Below, one piece after another: positions 8,734-16,763 of a DNA stretch of 23,265 bases. The position numbers were made by a program, and so were the translations under genes. Source of the stretch: Candidatus Phoenicimicrobium oleiphilum (GTDB lineage Bacteria > Atribacterota > Phoenicimicrobiia > Phoenicimicrobiales > Phoenicimicrobiaceae); contig JBDIWJ010000030.1 in the NCBI GenBank assembly GCA_039638295.1, positions 1-23,265 of the forward strand. Reading direction: 5' to 3'. Every line of letters starts with the position of its first letter. Position 1 is the first letter of the stretch. The notes under the pieces were generated by a model. That model had not been told where the DNA came from. It saw only the letters and a program-made list of their open reading frames with translations, and searched no databases.

Positions 8734-10002
8734 ATGGAAAAAGTTGAAATAGAAATTTTAGAAAATTGCAATTTAATTCCGCCGTATTTTACAAATGAAA
8801 AATGGGTTCCCCATCTTAATTTTTCCGAAGAAATTCGTTCCAAAATGGATATTCCAAAAAAAATTATTATTCACGATGTGACTCTTCGTGATGGTGAACA
8901 AACGGCGGGAATTGTTTTTACTGAGGATGAAAAAGTATTTATTGCACAGGAACTTGATAGAATTGGTATTCCATTAATTGAAGTGGGAACTCCTGCGGTT
9001 TCAGATGATGATAAGAGAGTTTTTAGAAGACTTTCTGAAATGAATCTTAGGGCTAAAACTCTTGCTCTTTCAAGGGTAATAGAGAAAGATGTGGAGTTAG
9101 CGATCGAAAATAAAGCTGACGGAATTTTTTTAGAAACGAGCATAAACCCCTATTTTCTTAAACATGTAGTGGGGTGGGATGTTAATGAATTAATTAAAAG
9201 AGCTATAAGGTGTACAAAACTTGCAAAAAAGGCAGGGTTGTTTGTCGAATTCTGTGGATGGGAAACCTTTAGGGTTAGCAATCTTGATGTTATTAAAAGA
9301 GTCTTCTCTGAGATTGTAGATAAGGTAGAAGTTGATCAAATAGGAATTTCCGATACATTTGGCCAAGCACATCCATTGGTTGTACAATTTCTAGTTAAAA
9401 AGATGAAAGAATGGGTTCCTGATGTTCCTTTATCTTTTCATATTCATAATGATTTTGGCTTAGCAACTGGTTCGGTTATGATGGCAGTCGTTTCAGGGGT
9501 TGATGCGGTAGAATGTGCTTTTAATGGCCTAGGGGAAAGAGCAGGGAATGTTGCCACTGAAGAAGTAATTGCTTCGTTAGAATTACTCATGAATATAGAT
9601 ACAGGAATAAATTTAAAGGAAATATACAGGGTTTCTAAACTGGTAGAAGAAATTTCTAAATTAAAAGTTGCGAGGACAAAGTCTATTATAGGGGATGGGA
9701 TTTTCGATTGTGAATCTGGAATAGTTGTAGATGCTAATATTAAGTTGGAGAAAAAATTAGGATTAAAGGATAGTTTTTTCCCATATTCTCCTTCAGTATT
9801 TGGTAGGAAATCTAAATATGTAGGCGGGAAAAAGAGCGGTAAAGCTTTTGTGAAAAATATCCTTATAGAAAAAGGACTTAGCGCTACAGATGAGCAGATA
9901 ACAAAAATTTTAGAAAAAGTTAAGAGCAGAGGCATAATCCTTAAAAATATTCTTTCTGATCAAGAGCTTGATATGATTGTGGAAGAAGAGATATCAAGCT
10001 AG
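8734..10002 (+). CDS. DRE-TIM metallo-enzyme, homocitrate/2-isopropylmalate synthase-like, without the LeuA regulatory domain
   Basis: DVTLRDGEQ, IEVGTP, ISDTFG, FHIHNDFGLA, NGLGERAGN, GKKSG. At 422 aa it lacks the C-terminal allosteric domain. Starts 1 nt after the symporter stop. Confidence 0.88.
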   Translation: MEKVEIEILENCNLIPPYFTNEKWVPHLNFSEEIRSKMDIPKKIIIHDVTLRDGEQTAGIVFTEDEKVFIAQELDRIGIPLIEVGTPAVSDDDKRVFRRLSEMNLRAKTLALSRVIEKDVELAIENKADGIFLETSINPYFLKHVVGWDVNELIKRAIRCTKLAKKAGLFVEFCGWETFRVSNLDVIKRVFSEIVDKVEVDQIGISDTFGQAHPLVVQFLVKKMKEWVPDVPLSFHIHNDFGLATGSVMMAVVSGVDAVECAFNGLGERAGNVATEEVIASLELLMNIDTGINLKEIYRVSKLVEEISKLKVARTKSIIGDGIFDCESGIVVDANIKLEKKLGLKDSFFPYSPSVFGRKSKYVGGKKSGKAFVKNILIEKGLSATDEQITKILEKVKSRGIILKNILSDQELDMIVEEEISS

Positions 10003-10019
10003 ACAAGTGAGAAGAGAGA

Positions 10020-10071
10020 GGGGAAGGTTGATATAATTTTGCATTAAATCAGCCTTTCCCACAAATTTTTT
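10020..10071 (+). terminator. Probable intrinsic terminator after the DRE-TIM gene
   Basis: GGGGAAGGTTGAT (10020-10032) pairs with ATCAGCCTTTCCC (10048-10060) using two G-U pairs, followed by ACAAATTTTTT. Confidence 0.5.
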
Positions 10072-10243
10072 GAAAGATATTAGTCTTACAAAATCTTTTA
10101 TAATGAAACTTTTTAACTATAGTAAGTATTGTTAAAGCAAATAATATAATTTACTATGTTAATTATTAGACACAATATACACGATTTTTCAGAGAGATTT
10201 TGAATAAAAGTGTTTTGTGGGACAGGGGTAAGTAAAAAAGCGA

Positions 10244-10491
10244 ATGATATATTTAAAATTATTATGTTAGTCTGCTTTAGCATTGCTTAGCTATTTTCTA
10301 TCTATAAGTCATACAAATCAAGAAGTAATACTGGTAAGTGTATTTTCTTATTAGTTGTATTGGAAGGATATTTTTCGAAATATTGTATAAATTAGTTTAT
10401 AATTTGATTCAGTAATTTACCTGTATATTTTAATTTTTGTTTAGTGTTTACCGATATAATTTTATATTTTAGGAATAAAAATAATAACTGA
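10244..10491 (+). pseudogene. Decayed small three-TM membrane protein (PQ-loop/SemiSWEET-like family)
   Basis: Manual reading across frameshifts gives M-x-IFKIIMLVCFSIA*LFSIYKSYKSRSNTGKCIFLLVVLEGYFS/ILYKLVYN/DSVIYLYI/NFCLVFTDIILYFRNKNNN*. There is an in-frame TAG at 10288-10290 and about four single-base deletions. It resembles my recollection of the 'MLxCFGxxWPxSIxKSxxSRsxxGKS...D..LYFRN' family. Confidence 0.72.
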
Positions 10492-10509
10492 TACTAATCA
10501 AACTGTAGG

Positions 10510-12156
10510 TTAAGATTTTAATAAATTTTTTAGCGTTTCTGCTGAGAAGAAATAGTACGGGAATTCTCTAAAAGTATAGACCTTAGATTGTTTCATCTTT
10601 TCATCCTCATCTTCTAACTTTTTGTTTAGCTTACCCTTCAAAGGTCTCATTTTTTCTCCAATAAAATTATTTATAGCTTTAATCTCTTCAGAAATTTCCC
10701 ATTTTTCGATAGGTGAAGAAATTTCCCTAATTTTTTTAATCAATCGGGCTTTTTTCGCTGCCATCTTTCTAATAAGATTTTTTTCTTCTTTGGTTAAAGA
10801 CAATTCATCAACATATCTTTCGGGATTAAATTCCAAATCCCTTATCTTCTTCTTTAGGTCAGATATTTTAGAATTAGGCGCGTCAGAGGAAGATTTAAGA
10901 TGAAGATATAAAGTGCAGGAAACAACCAAAAAGTGAGGAGGTTCCACCTTAAAAAATTCTCTGATAATTTCATCAGTTACCAGGTCATATTTTGCTCCTC
11001 CCAATCCGTGAATGAAAAGGTCAGAAATAAATAGTCGATTGTATAGAGTTAACAAAAGAGCTTTGGGTCTTATCTTTAAGTCCCGTTCTTTGAGGAGGGT
11101 TTTAAATGAAGATAGAGATTTTAAACTGTCTTCTTCTACAAGAAATATTTTCCCATAAGAATTATTATAAAGATAATTTCCTCCTCCCTTTCTTAAAATA
11201 AAAATTTTTCTCCTCTGGTCTTGCTCTCTCCAGATCCAGAAAGGGGCTTCGATAAGGTTTTCTTTAATGGTTAAATTAAGCGAGGGGTGTGCTTGATTTC
11301 TAATTTTAAATAACTTTCTGTATTCATCTAATTTATTATTATAAATTTCAGAAAAGGATTCGATGTTTTTAATAATATGCAAAAAGAAGGAGAGAAATTC
11401 ATCGCTATCGCAAATTTTCGAAAAAGGAATTTCCAGATAGGTTGGATGAATTTCTTGCTCGTAAAGACGGCGAGCTAAGCCAAGAAATTCTCCCAGATTG
11501 GCTTTTGGATAATTTTGGCTACATAGGTGGAAAGAATCTTCCAGACATTGAGAAAATATTTGAAAATTATTTAAAATTTCTTTATTTTCTGATTCTAATA
11601 GTTTAAGCCTATAGGTGGTATCCTGAATAAATTTGGTGGTAACTTCCTGAGGAGGGTAGGGATATTCTTCAAATGGGAGATGGGAAGCAAATTCCGAGGG
11701 GAAGAAATTTATTTTCTTTAATCTTAAATTTCTTTCTGAAGAAAGAGCAGGCAATAAAAAGTTAAGGTCTTTACAGATATCATTGTCCAGAATGATATTT
11801 AATCCTAAACATTTATCCGGCAAAGGAGATTTTAGAAGTTCATTTAAAAATATATTTTTAATCCATACTCCAGGATGAAAAAATACTGGTTGATGGCCAG
11901 TCTGGATAATATATTGGAAAGAGGAATTAATTTTTTCTTCAATATGGGGGTCAAATTTAGAACTAAACTTTAATGCCCTTTGAAGAACTTCTTTTCGGTT
12001 TTTTTCCCTAACTTCCTTGAAAGGCTGGTTAAGAAGTTTAAAGGAATACTGGCTAAAAATTTTCTTATTCTCTTCTAATAGGGAGGGTATCTCTTCTGTT
12101 GAATAAGAGAGTAAAATCTGCCTATTTTGCGGAACTTTAATATTTATTTTTTTCAT
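10510..12156 (-). CDS. Uncharacterised protein, distantly BshC-like (HUP/Rossmann-type ligase fold plus C-terminal coiled coil)
   Basis: 548-aa ORF with GAGGTG RBS. Motifs IIQTGHQPVFFHPGVWIKN, ILDND, EAPFWIW, IRPKALLLTLYNRL, LFIHGLGGAKYD, and a K/E-rich helical C-terminus. The layout parallels BshC (TGQQ motif, SEDHD, coiled coil); the function assignment is inference. Confidence 0.55.
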   Translation of the reverse strand: MKKINIKVPQNRQILLSYSTEEIPSLLEENKKIFSQYSFKLLNQPFKEVREKNRKEVLQRALKFSSKFDPHIEEKINSSFQYIIQTGHQPVFFHPGVWIKNIFLNELLKSPLPDKCLGLNIILDNDICKDLNFLLPALSSERNLRLKKINFFPSEFASHLPFEEYPYPPQEVTTKFIQDTTYRLKLLESENKEILNNFQIFSQCLEDSFHLCSQNYPKANLGEFLGLARRLYEQEIHPTYLEIPFSKICDSDEFLSFFLHIIKNIESFSEIYNNKLDEYRKLFKIRNQAHPSLNLTIKENLIEAPFWIWREQDQRRKIFILRKGGGNYLYNNSYGKIFLVEEDSLKSLSSFKTLLKERDLKIRPKALLLTLYNRLFISDLFIHGLGGAKYDLVTDEIIREFFKVEPPHFLVVSCTLYLHLKSSSDAPNSKISDLKKKIRDLEFNPERYVDELSLTKEEKNLIRKMAAKKARLIKKIREISSPIEKWEISEEIKAINNFIGEKMRPLKGKLNKKLEDEDEKMKQSKVYTFREFPYYFFSAETLKNLLKS

Positions 12157-12179
12157 TTCTATAACAACACCTCAATATC

Positions 12180-12587
12180 CTAAATATCTATCTCTTTCTT
12201 TTTGACCCACAATCCTGCTCTCTCCAAAACTTTCTGTACACCACCAGGGCTGATTACTTTTTTATTATTGTTTTCTTTTACAATTACTGAAGCTATAGTC
12301 CGGCGTCCCCAATTAGGATTTTTTTTCTTTAGTTCAATTATCCTAAGGGCATATTTTTCTGGGACTCTCCCCGGATTTTTTCTTATACGTTTTTTTGGCT
12401 CTCTTATCCCTCCTATGCCTTGTTCTAAATAGCGAGGATACCATCTACGAAAAGTATTTATAGATATTTTTGCTTTTCTACAAGAGAAACTTATATTATG
12501 TGTCTTTTGATAAGTTTCTATCATTAGTTTTCGCTGGGTAAAAGTGGTAGGTTTAATATATCTTTTGACTTTTCTTTCTTCTTTCAT
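12180..12587 (-). CDS. Helix-turn-helix protein resembling the N-terminal DNA-binding region of IS481/IS3-like transposases; no DDE domain
   Basis: ISFSCRKAKISINTFRRWYPRYLEQGIGGI (HTH 1) and IIELKKKNPNWGRRTIA...ISPGGVQKVLERAGL (HTH 2), then a stop. ATG at 12587 has GAGAGG about 7 nt upstream; the alternative start is 12605. Confidence 0.7.
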   Translation of the reverse strand: MKEERKVKRYIKPTTFTQRKLMIETYQKTHNISFSCRKAKISINTFRRWYPRYLEQGIGGIREPKKRIRKNPGRVPEKYALRIIELKKKNPNWGRRTIASVIVKENNNKKVISPGGVQKVLERAGLWVKKKEIDI

Positions 12588-12697
12588 CTTTTGACCTCTC
12601 ACCATTTATCTTAAGCTTTATTCTGTAAGTAGTCAATATCTGCGTGACCAGATAATAAAAAATATTTATTAAAAAAGAAGGATTTTTGAAATTTATA

Positions 12698-12706
12698 TGG
12701 TATTAT
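12698..12706 (+). promoter_or_regulatory. Possible extended -10 element for the iclR-panB operon
   Basis: TGG-TATTAT (TGn plus near-TATAAT) about 35 bp upstream of the iclR ATG; no convincing -35 at 17 bp spacing, and the region is AT-rich. Confidence 0.35.
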
Positions 12707-12730
12707 AAATATAGAAAATAAGGAAAGAGG

Positions 12731-12747
12731 TTTCCGTAATATGGAAA
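12731..12747. promoter_or_regulatory. Putative IclR-family operator overlapping the iclR start codon
   Basis: Imperfect palindrome TTTCCGTAATATGGAAA (TTTCC-N7-GGAAA). Its right part AATATGGAAAA recurs as AATATAGAAAA at 12708-12718, 30 bp upstream. Confidence 0.55.
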
Positions 12748-13508
12748 AACAAACGGGCAAAAAAGAGAGAATAAAATCTATAGATAAAGCCTTGGATTTA
12801 TTAGAATTTCTTTCAGTTAATGAGCAAGAAACAGGCATAACTGAAATAAGTAAAAAGTTGCATATGGGGCTAAGTACAGTGCATAGAATAATAACTACCT
12901 TAAAATCTCGCGGGTATGTTATTCAGAATCAACAAACAACGAAGTATAGATTAGGAATTAAGTTATTTGCGCTTGGTTGTGCAGTCCAAAGTACAAAACG
13001 TTTGGTCGAGATAACAAAACCCTATCTTAGACAGTTATCGCAAGTTACTAATGAGACAGCAAATCTAGCAATTTTGGAGGGTAAGGAAGTCATTTATCTT
13101 GATACAATTGAGAGCCCAGAAATTTTGAGGACGGAGATTATGGCAGGGACTAGAACTCCAGCCCATTGTACTGCTTTAGGGAAGGTCTTATTAGCTTTTA
13201 TTTCTGATGGGGAATTTGAAAGTTTATATAAAAATGACGAACCATTAACTTCCCTTACGTCTAATTCAATAGCTTCATTAGAGGAATTAAAAAAACATTT
13301 AAAAAAGGTTAAAGAACAGGGTTATGCGCTTGATAGAGAAGAATATAAAATTGGTATTAATTGTATAGGTGTCCCTATATTTGGTAGAAATGAAGCTATA
13401 GCTGCTATTAGTATCACTGGTCCAGCATCACGTTTTACTTTAGATAAGATGGAAAAAGTTAAGGATGAATTAATAACTATATCTAAAAAAATTTCTAATC
13501 AGTTTTAG
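12741..13508 (+). CDS. IclR-family transcriptional regulator
   Basis: IKSIDKALDLLEFL, HTH GITEISKKLHMGLSTVHRIITTL..RGYV, ETANLAIL, PAHCTALGKVLLA, GYALDREE..GINCIGVPI, AAISITGP. Confidence 0.96.
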   Translation: MEKQTGKKERIKSIDKALDLLEFLSVNEQETGITEISKKLHMGLSTVHRIITTLKSRGYVIQNQQTTKYRLGIKLFALGCAVQSTKRLVEITKPYLRQLSQVTNETANLAILEGKEVIYLDTIESPEILRTEIMAGTRTPAHCTALGKVLLAFISDGEFESLYKNDEPLTSLTSNSIASLEELKKHLKKVKEQGYALDREEYKIGINCIGVPIFGRNEAIAAISITGPASRFTLDKMEKVKDELITISKKISNQF

Positions 13509-13546
13509 ATATATAAAAATATATTATAGAAAGGAAGGATTAAAAG

Positions 13547-14401
13547 ATGAATAAAAAGAAGACCCGCTTAGATTTCATAGAAATGAAAAAGAAAGGAGAA
13601 CAAGTAGCTTGGGTAACTGCTTATGATTTTCCCACTGCCTCATTTGTTGAGCAAGCCGGTATGGATATGATCTTAGTCGGTGATTCATTAGGGATGGTAG
13701 TATTAGGTTATCAAGGTACAGTCCCAGTTACTATGGAAAACTGTATCTCTCATTGCCAGGCAGTTCGGAGAGGTGCACCGAATACTTTCTGTATCGGGGA
13801 TATGCCCTTTCTGTCCTATCAGATTTCCGACCAGGAAGCAGTGAGAAATGCAGGACGTTTTTTGAAAGAGGCGGATATGGATGCAGTAAAATTAGAAGGA
13901 GGAAGGAGAGTCTGTAGCAGAATAAAGGCTATAGCTGATGCCGGAATATTAGTTATGGGGCATATTGGTCTTACTCCCCAAAGTTCAGGTCAATTAGGTG
14001 GATTTAAAGCTCAAGGTAGAGATGCTGCTAGTGCACGAGAATTAATTAAGGATGCTTTGGCCATTCAAGAAGCTGGTGCTTATGCCCTCTTGTTAGAAGC
14101 AGTTCCACCAGAATTAACCGTATTTATTACTAAAAAATTGTCTATACCCGTCTACTCTATTGGAGCAGGGGGACCCTGTGATGGCCAGTTATTAATATGT
14201 GGCGATATGTTAGGCCTCTTCCAGGCCTTTACCCCTAAGTTTGTTAAGAAATATGCTAATATCGCCGAAATAGAAACCAATGCCTTTAAGGAATATATCA
14301 AAGATGTAAAGACCGGAGCCTTCCCTACAGATGATCACTGCTATCATATTTTAAAAGGCAAAGAAGAAGAGTTTTATGAGATGCTGAAAGAGTTTGAGTA
14401 A
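13547..14401 (+). CDS. panB: 3-methyl-2-oxobutanoate hydroxymethyltransferase (PanB) family enzyme
   Basis: VTAYDFPTA, LVGDSLGMV, GDMPFLSY, VKLEGG, MGHIGLTPQ, LLEAVP, SIGAG, DGQ, PKFVKKY. Confidence 0.93.
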   Translation: MNKKKTRLDFIEMKKKGEQVAWVTAYDFPTASFVEQAGMDMILVGDSLGMVVLGYQGTVPVTMENCISHCQAVRRGAPNTFCIGDMPFLSYQISDQEAVRNAGRFLKEADMDAVKLEGGRRVCSRIKAIADAGILVMGHIGLTPQSSGQLGGFKAQGRDAASARELIKDALAIQEAGAYALLLEAVPPELTVFITKKLSIPVYSIGAGGPCDGQLLICGDMLGLFQAFTPKFVKKYANIAEIETNAFKEYIKDVKTGAFPTDDHCYHILKGKEEEFYEMLKEFE

Positions 14402-14437
14402 ATCTTTAATATTTAAAGAAACAAAGGAGCAAATACA

Positions 14438-15388
14438 ATGAGTAAAACGATAAAAGAAATTAGAGAATTTATGGAGGGGATGGGGATTCCTGGAAGAGAT
14501 TTGGGTGAACTTCCTTCTTCAACAAAAACCTTTCCAGATGGCGCACAATGGAGAATAGAAATTTCGGGGGTCGAGCACCCATCAACTTTTGAAGCAATGA
14601 TTGACGAAGCAAAAAAAAGGAATGTACCCATTCATAGAGCCATAATAACAGTAGCAGGATCAACTTTAAGTGATTTTAGTGAATTGAAGGCTATGGCTCA
14701 AATGGGAAAAGATGAAAAGATAGAGGTTATAGCTACAATGGGTCCACGTAAAGCTTGGGACGTAGGGGCAAAGGCCGCAGCTTTTTCTGAAGGTGCTATG
14801 GTAGGGTTTAGGCTAAGAGGCTCTGATAACATTTCTTATTGGCTGGCAGATATGATGAGAAATATTGAAGCTGGGCTCAGAGGATTTCTGGTGCTTGACG
14901 AAGGAATACTTTCTATTGTGACTCGCATGCGTGAAAAGGGTTTTATACCTAAAGATGTAGTCTTTAAATGGTCTGCATTTGGTGGATACTGCAGTGCTGC
15001 CGGAGCTAAGGTTATTGAGAAGATGGGTGCTAATTCAATTAATCCTACATCAGATGTTTCGCTCCCAATTTTGGCAGGAATGCGAAAAGCGATTAATATA
15101 CCAATAGATATTTATATGTTTATTACAGATGCTGAAGGGGGGATGTTTAGGGTCTATGAAGCTCCGGAAATCGCCAGGGTTACCTCACCTTGTTACTTTA
15201 AAATTGAACCGGGAACTAGCCAGGCTGATATTTATAAACCCTGGGTGAAAGAGAGTTGGCATGCAGAATTTATGAGAGAGAAAGTCAAAGAAGCTGCCAT
15301 TTTTCAAGAGATTATGGAAAGACAAGCACCTAAATTAAAATTATCTAAGAAGGGTCCTTCTGATTTAATTCTCCCAGATCCTAAATAA
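14438..15388 (+). CDS. Uncharacterised TIM-barrel protein (often labelled peptidase U32-like)
   Basis: FPDGAQWRIEISGVE, VPIHR, GPRKAWD, GLRGFLVLDEG, FKWS, GANSINP..D, IPIDIY, EAPEIAR..SPCYFK. Family recognition is from memory, and the Fe-S Cys cluster of UbiU/TrhP-type U32 proteins is not evident. Confidence 0.55.
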   Translation: MSKTIKEIREFMEGMGIPGRDLGELPSSTKTFPDGAQWRIEISGVEHPSTFEAMIDEAKKRNVPIHRAIITVAGSTLSDFSELKAMAQMGKDEKIEVIATMGPRKAWDVGAKAAAFSEGAMVGFRLRGSDNISYWLADMMRNIEAGLRGFLVLDEGILSIVTRMREKGFIPKDVVFKWSAFGGYCSAAGAKVIEKMGANSINPTSDVSLPILAGMRKAINIPIDIYMFITDAEGGMFRVYEAPEIARVTSPCYFKIEPGTSQADIYKPWVKESWHAEFMREKVKEAAIFQEIMERQAPKLKLSKKGPSDLILPDPK

Positions 15389-15424
15389 ACTAATGGAACA
15401 AGCAATAAGAGGAGGAAAAAAATA

Positions 15425-16660
15425 ATGAAAAACGATCCATTTGAAACAGCTTTAAATACCTTGCGCGCTGCAGGGAAAATTGCAGGCTTGGAGCCCAATG
15501 CAATTAAAATTCTTAGTCAACCTAAACGTGTTTTTGAATTTATCATTCCTATGAAAATGGATAATGGTGAACTTAGGATATTTAATGCTTTTAGAGTTCA
15601 TTATAATGATGCCTTAGGAGAAATTAAGGACGGGACAAGATTTGTACCCAATTTAGATTTAAATACTGTAAAAGCTTTAGGATTTTGGATGACCATCAAA
15701 CACGCTGTTGCTGGTATTCCTGCTGGCGGAGGGAAAGGCGGTGTAAGAGTTGATCCTTCTGAGTTAAGTGAATGGGAATTAGAACGCCTTGTTCGTGCTT
15801 TTATTCGCAAGTTACCTATGAAGGGAGCGTGGGTTGATGTGCCAGGAGCAGATATTGGAACTAGTGCAAAAACACAGGCCTGGATGCTTGACGAGTATGA
15901 AGAAATAGTTGGATTTCATAGCCCTGCAGCAATTAATGACAAGCCAGCCGAAGTCAATGGTACTTTAGGTAGTATGGAGGCAACCGGAACTGGTGCATTT
16001 TTTGTTACTAAGGAAGTGGTGAAAGATATAGGATTAGCTAAAAGCCCATCAGTAGTTGTTCAGGGATTTGGAGATGTTGGACGTACTGTGGCGAGATTAC
16101 TTTATAATGATGGGTTTAAAGTCATAGCAGTAAGTGATATTAAAGGCGGGGTACATTCAGAGGAAGGAATTAATATAGAAGAACTTGCAAAATATGTTGA
16201 AGATACCGGATTTGTTGCAGGCTTTCCAGGAACAGTAGAAATAACTAATAAAGAGTTATTAGAAACGAAGTGTGATATTTTAATCCCTGCTGCGGTTCAA
16301 AGTGTTATTACTGATGAAAACGCAGATAAGATAAAAGCACAATTAATCATTGAAGGAGCAAATGGTCCAACTACCCCAGGAGCTGAAAAGATACTCGAAG
16401 AAAAAGGAATTACAATTATTCCTGATGTATTAGCTAACTGTGGTGGTGCTATTGTGTGTAGTTTTGAACGTACTCAAGGGTTAACTGATACTTACTGGGA
16501 TTTAGAAACTGTTAATAAAAAGCTTAAAGAAAGAATTTTAAAAGCCTATAAGGAAACCGTTACAACTGCAAGAGAAAAGAACATCTCCCTTAGAAATGCT
16601 GCCTGGGTTAATGCCTTGACCAAGATAAGCAAGGCAATGAAAGCCAGGGGATGGATATAA
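15425..16660 (+). CDS. Glu/Leu/Phe/Val dehydrogenase family protein; substrate probably not glutamate
   Basis: FRVHYN, MTIKHA, GGGKGG, DVPGADIGT, EATG, VVQGFGDVG, DILIPAA, IEGANGPTT, IIPDVLAN. Several substrate-pocket residues differ from the GDH consensus. Confidence 0.9.
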   Translation: MKNDPFETALNTLRAAGKIAGLEPNAIKILSQPKRVFEFIIPMKMDNGELRIFNAFRVHYNDALGEIKDGTRFVPNLDLNTVKALGFWMTIKHAVAGIPAGGGKGGVRVDPSELSEWELERLVRAFIRKLPMKGAWVDVPGADIGTSAKTQAWMLDEYEEIVGFHSPAAINDKPAEVNGTLGSMEATGTGAFFVTKEVVKDIGLAKSPSVVVQGFGDVGRTVARLLYNDGFKVIAVSDIKGGVHSEEGINIEELAKYVEDTGFVAGFPGTVEITNKELLETKCDILIPAAVQSVITDENADKIKAQLIIEGANGPTTPGAEKILEEKGITIIPDVLANCGGAIVCSFERTQGLTDTYWDLETVNKKLKERILKAYKETVTTAREKNISLRNAAWVNALTKISKAMKARGWI

Positions 16661-16763
16661 GAATTTGTAAAATGAATTCTTTTTTCAGATAAATTTTATT
16701 AGAAAGATATCTCGGCAGATACCTAAAAGATATTAGTAAGATAGATTATAGAGGGAATTTGTA

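Noticed and set aside
8734..10002. Assigning leuA, nifV, aksA or cimA as a gene symbol
   Set aside because: Family motifs are clear, but the regulatory domain, pathway neighbours and specificity motif do not support any one of these.
12180..12605. Active insertion sequence
   Set aside because: No DDE/integrase domain in any following frame, and no terminal inverted repeats or target-site duplication seen.
15425..16660. Assigning gdhA (glutamate dehydrogenase)
   Set aside because: Several glutamate-pocket consensus residues are substituted, so the substrate cannot be assumed.
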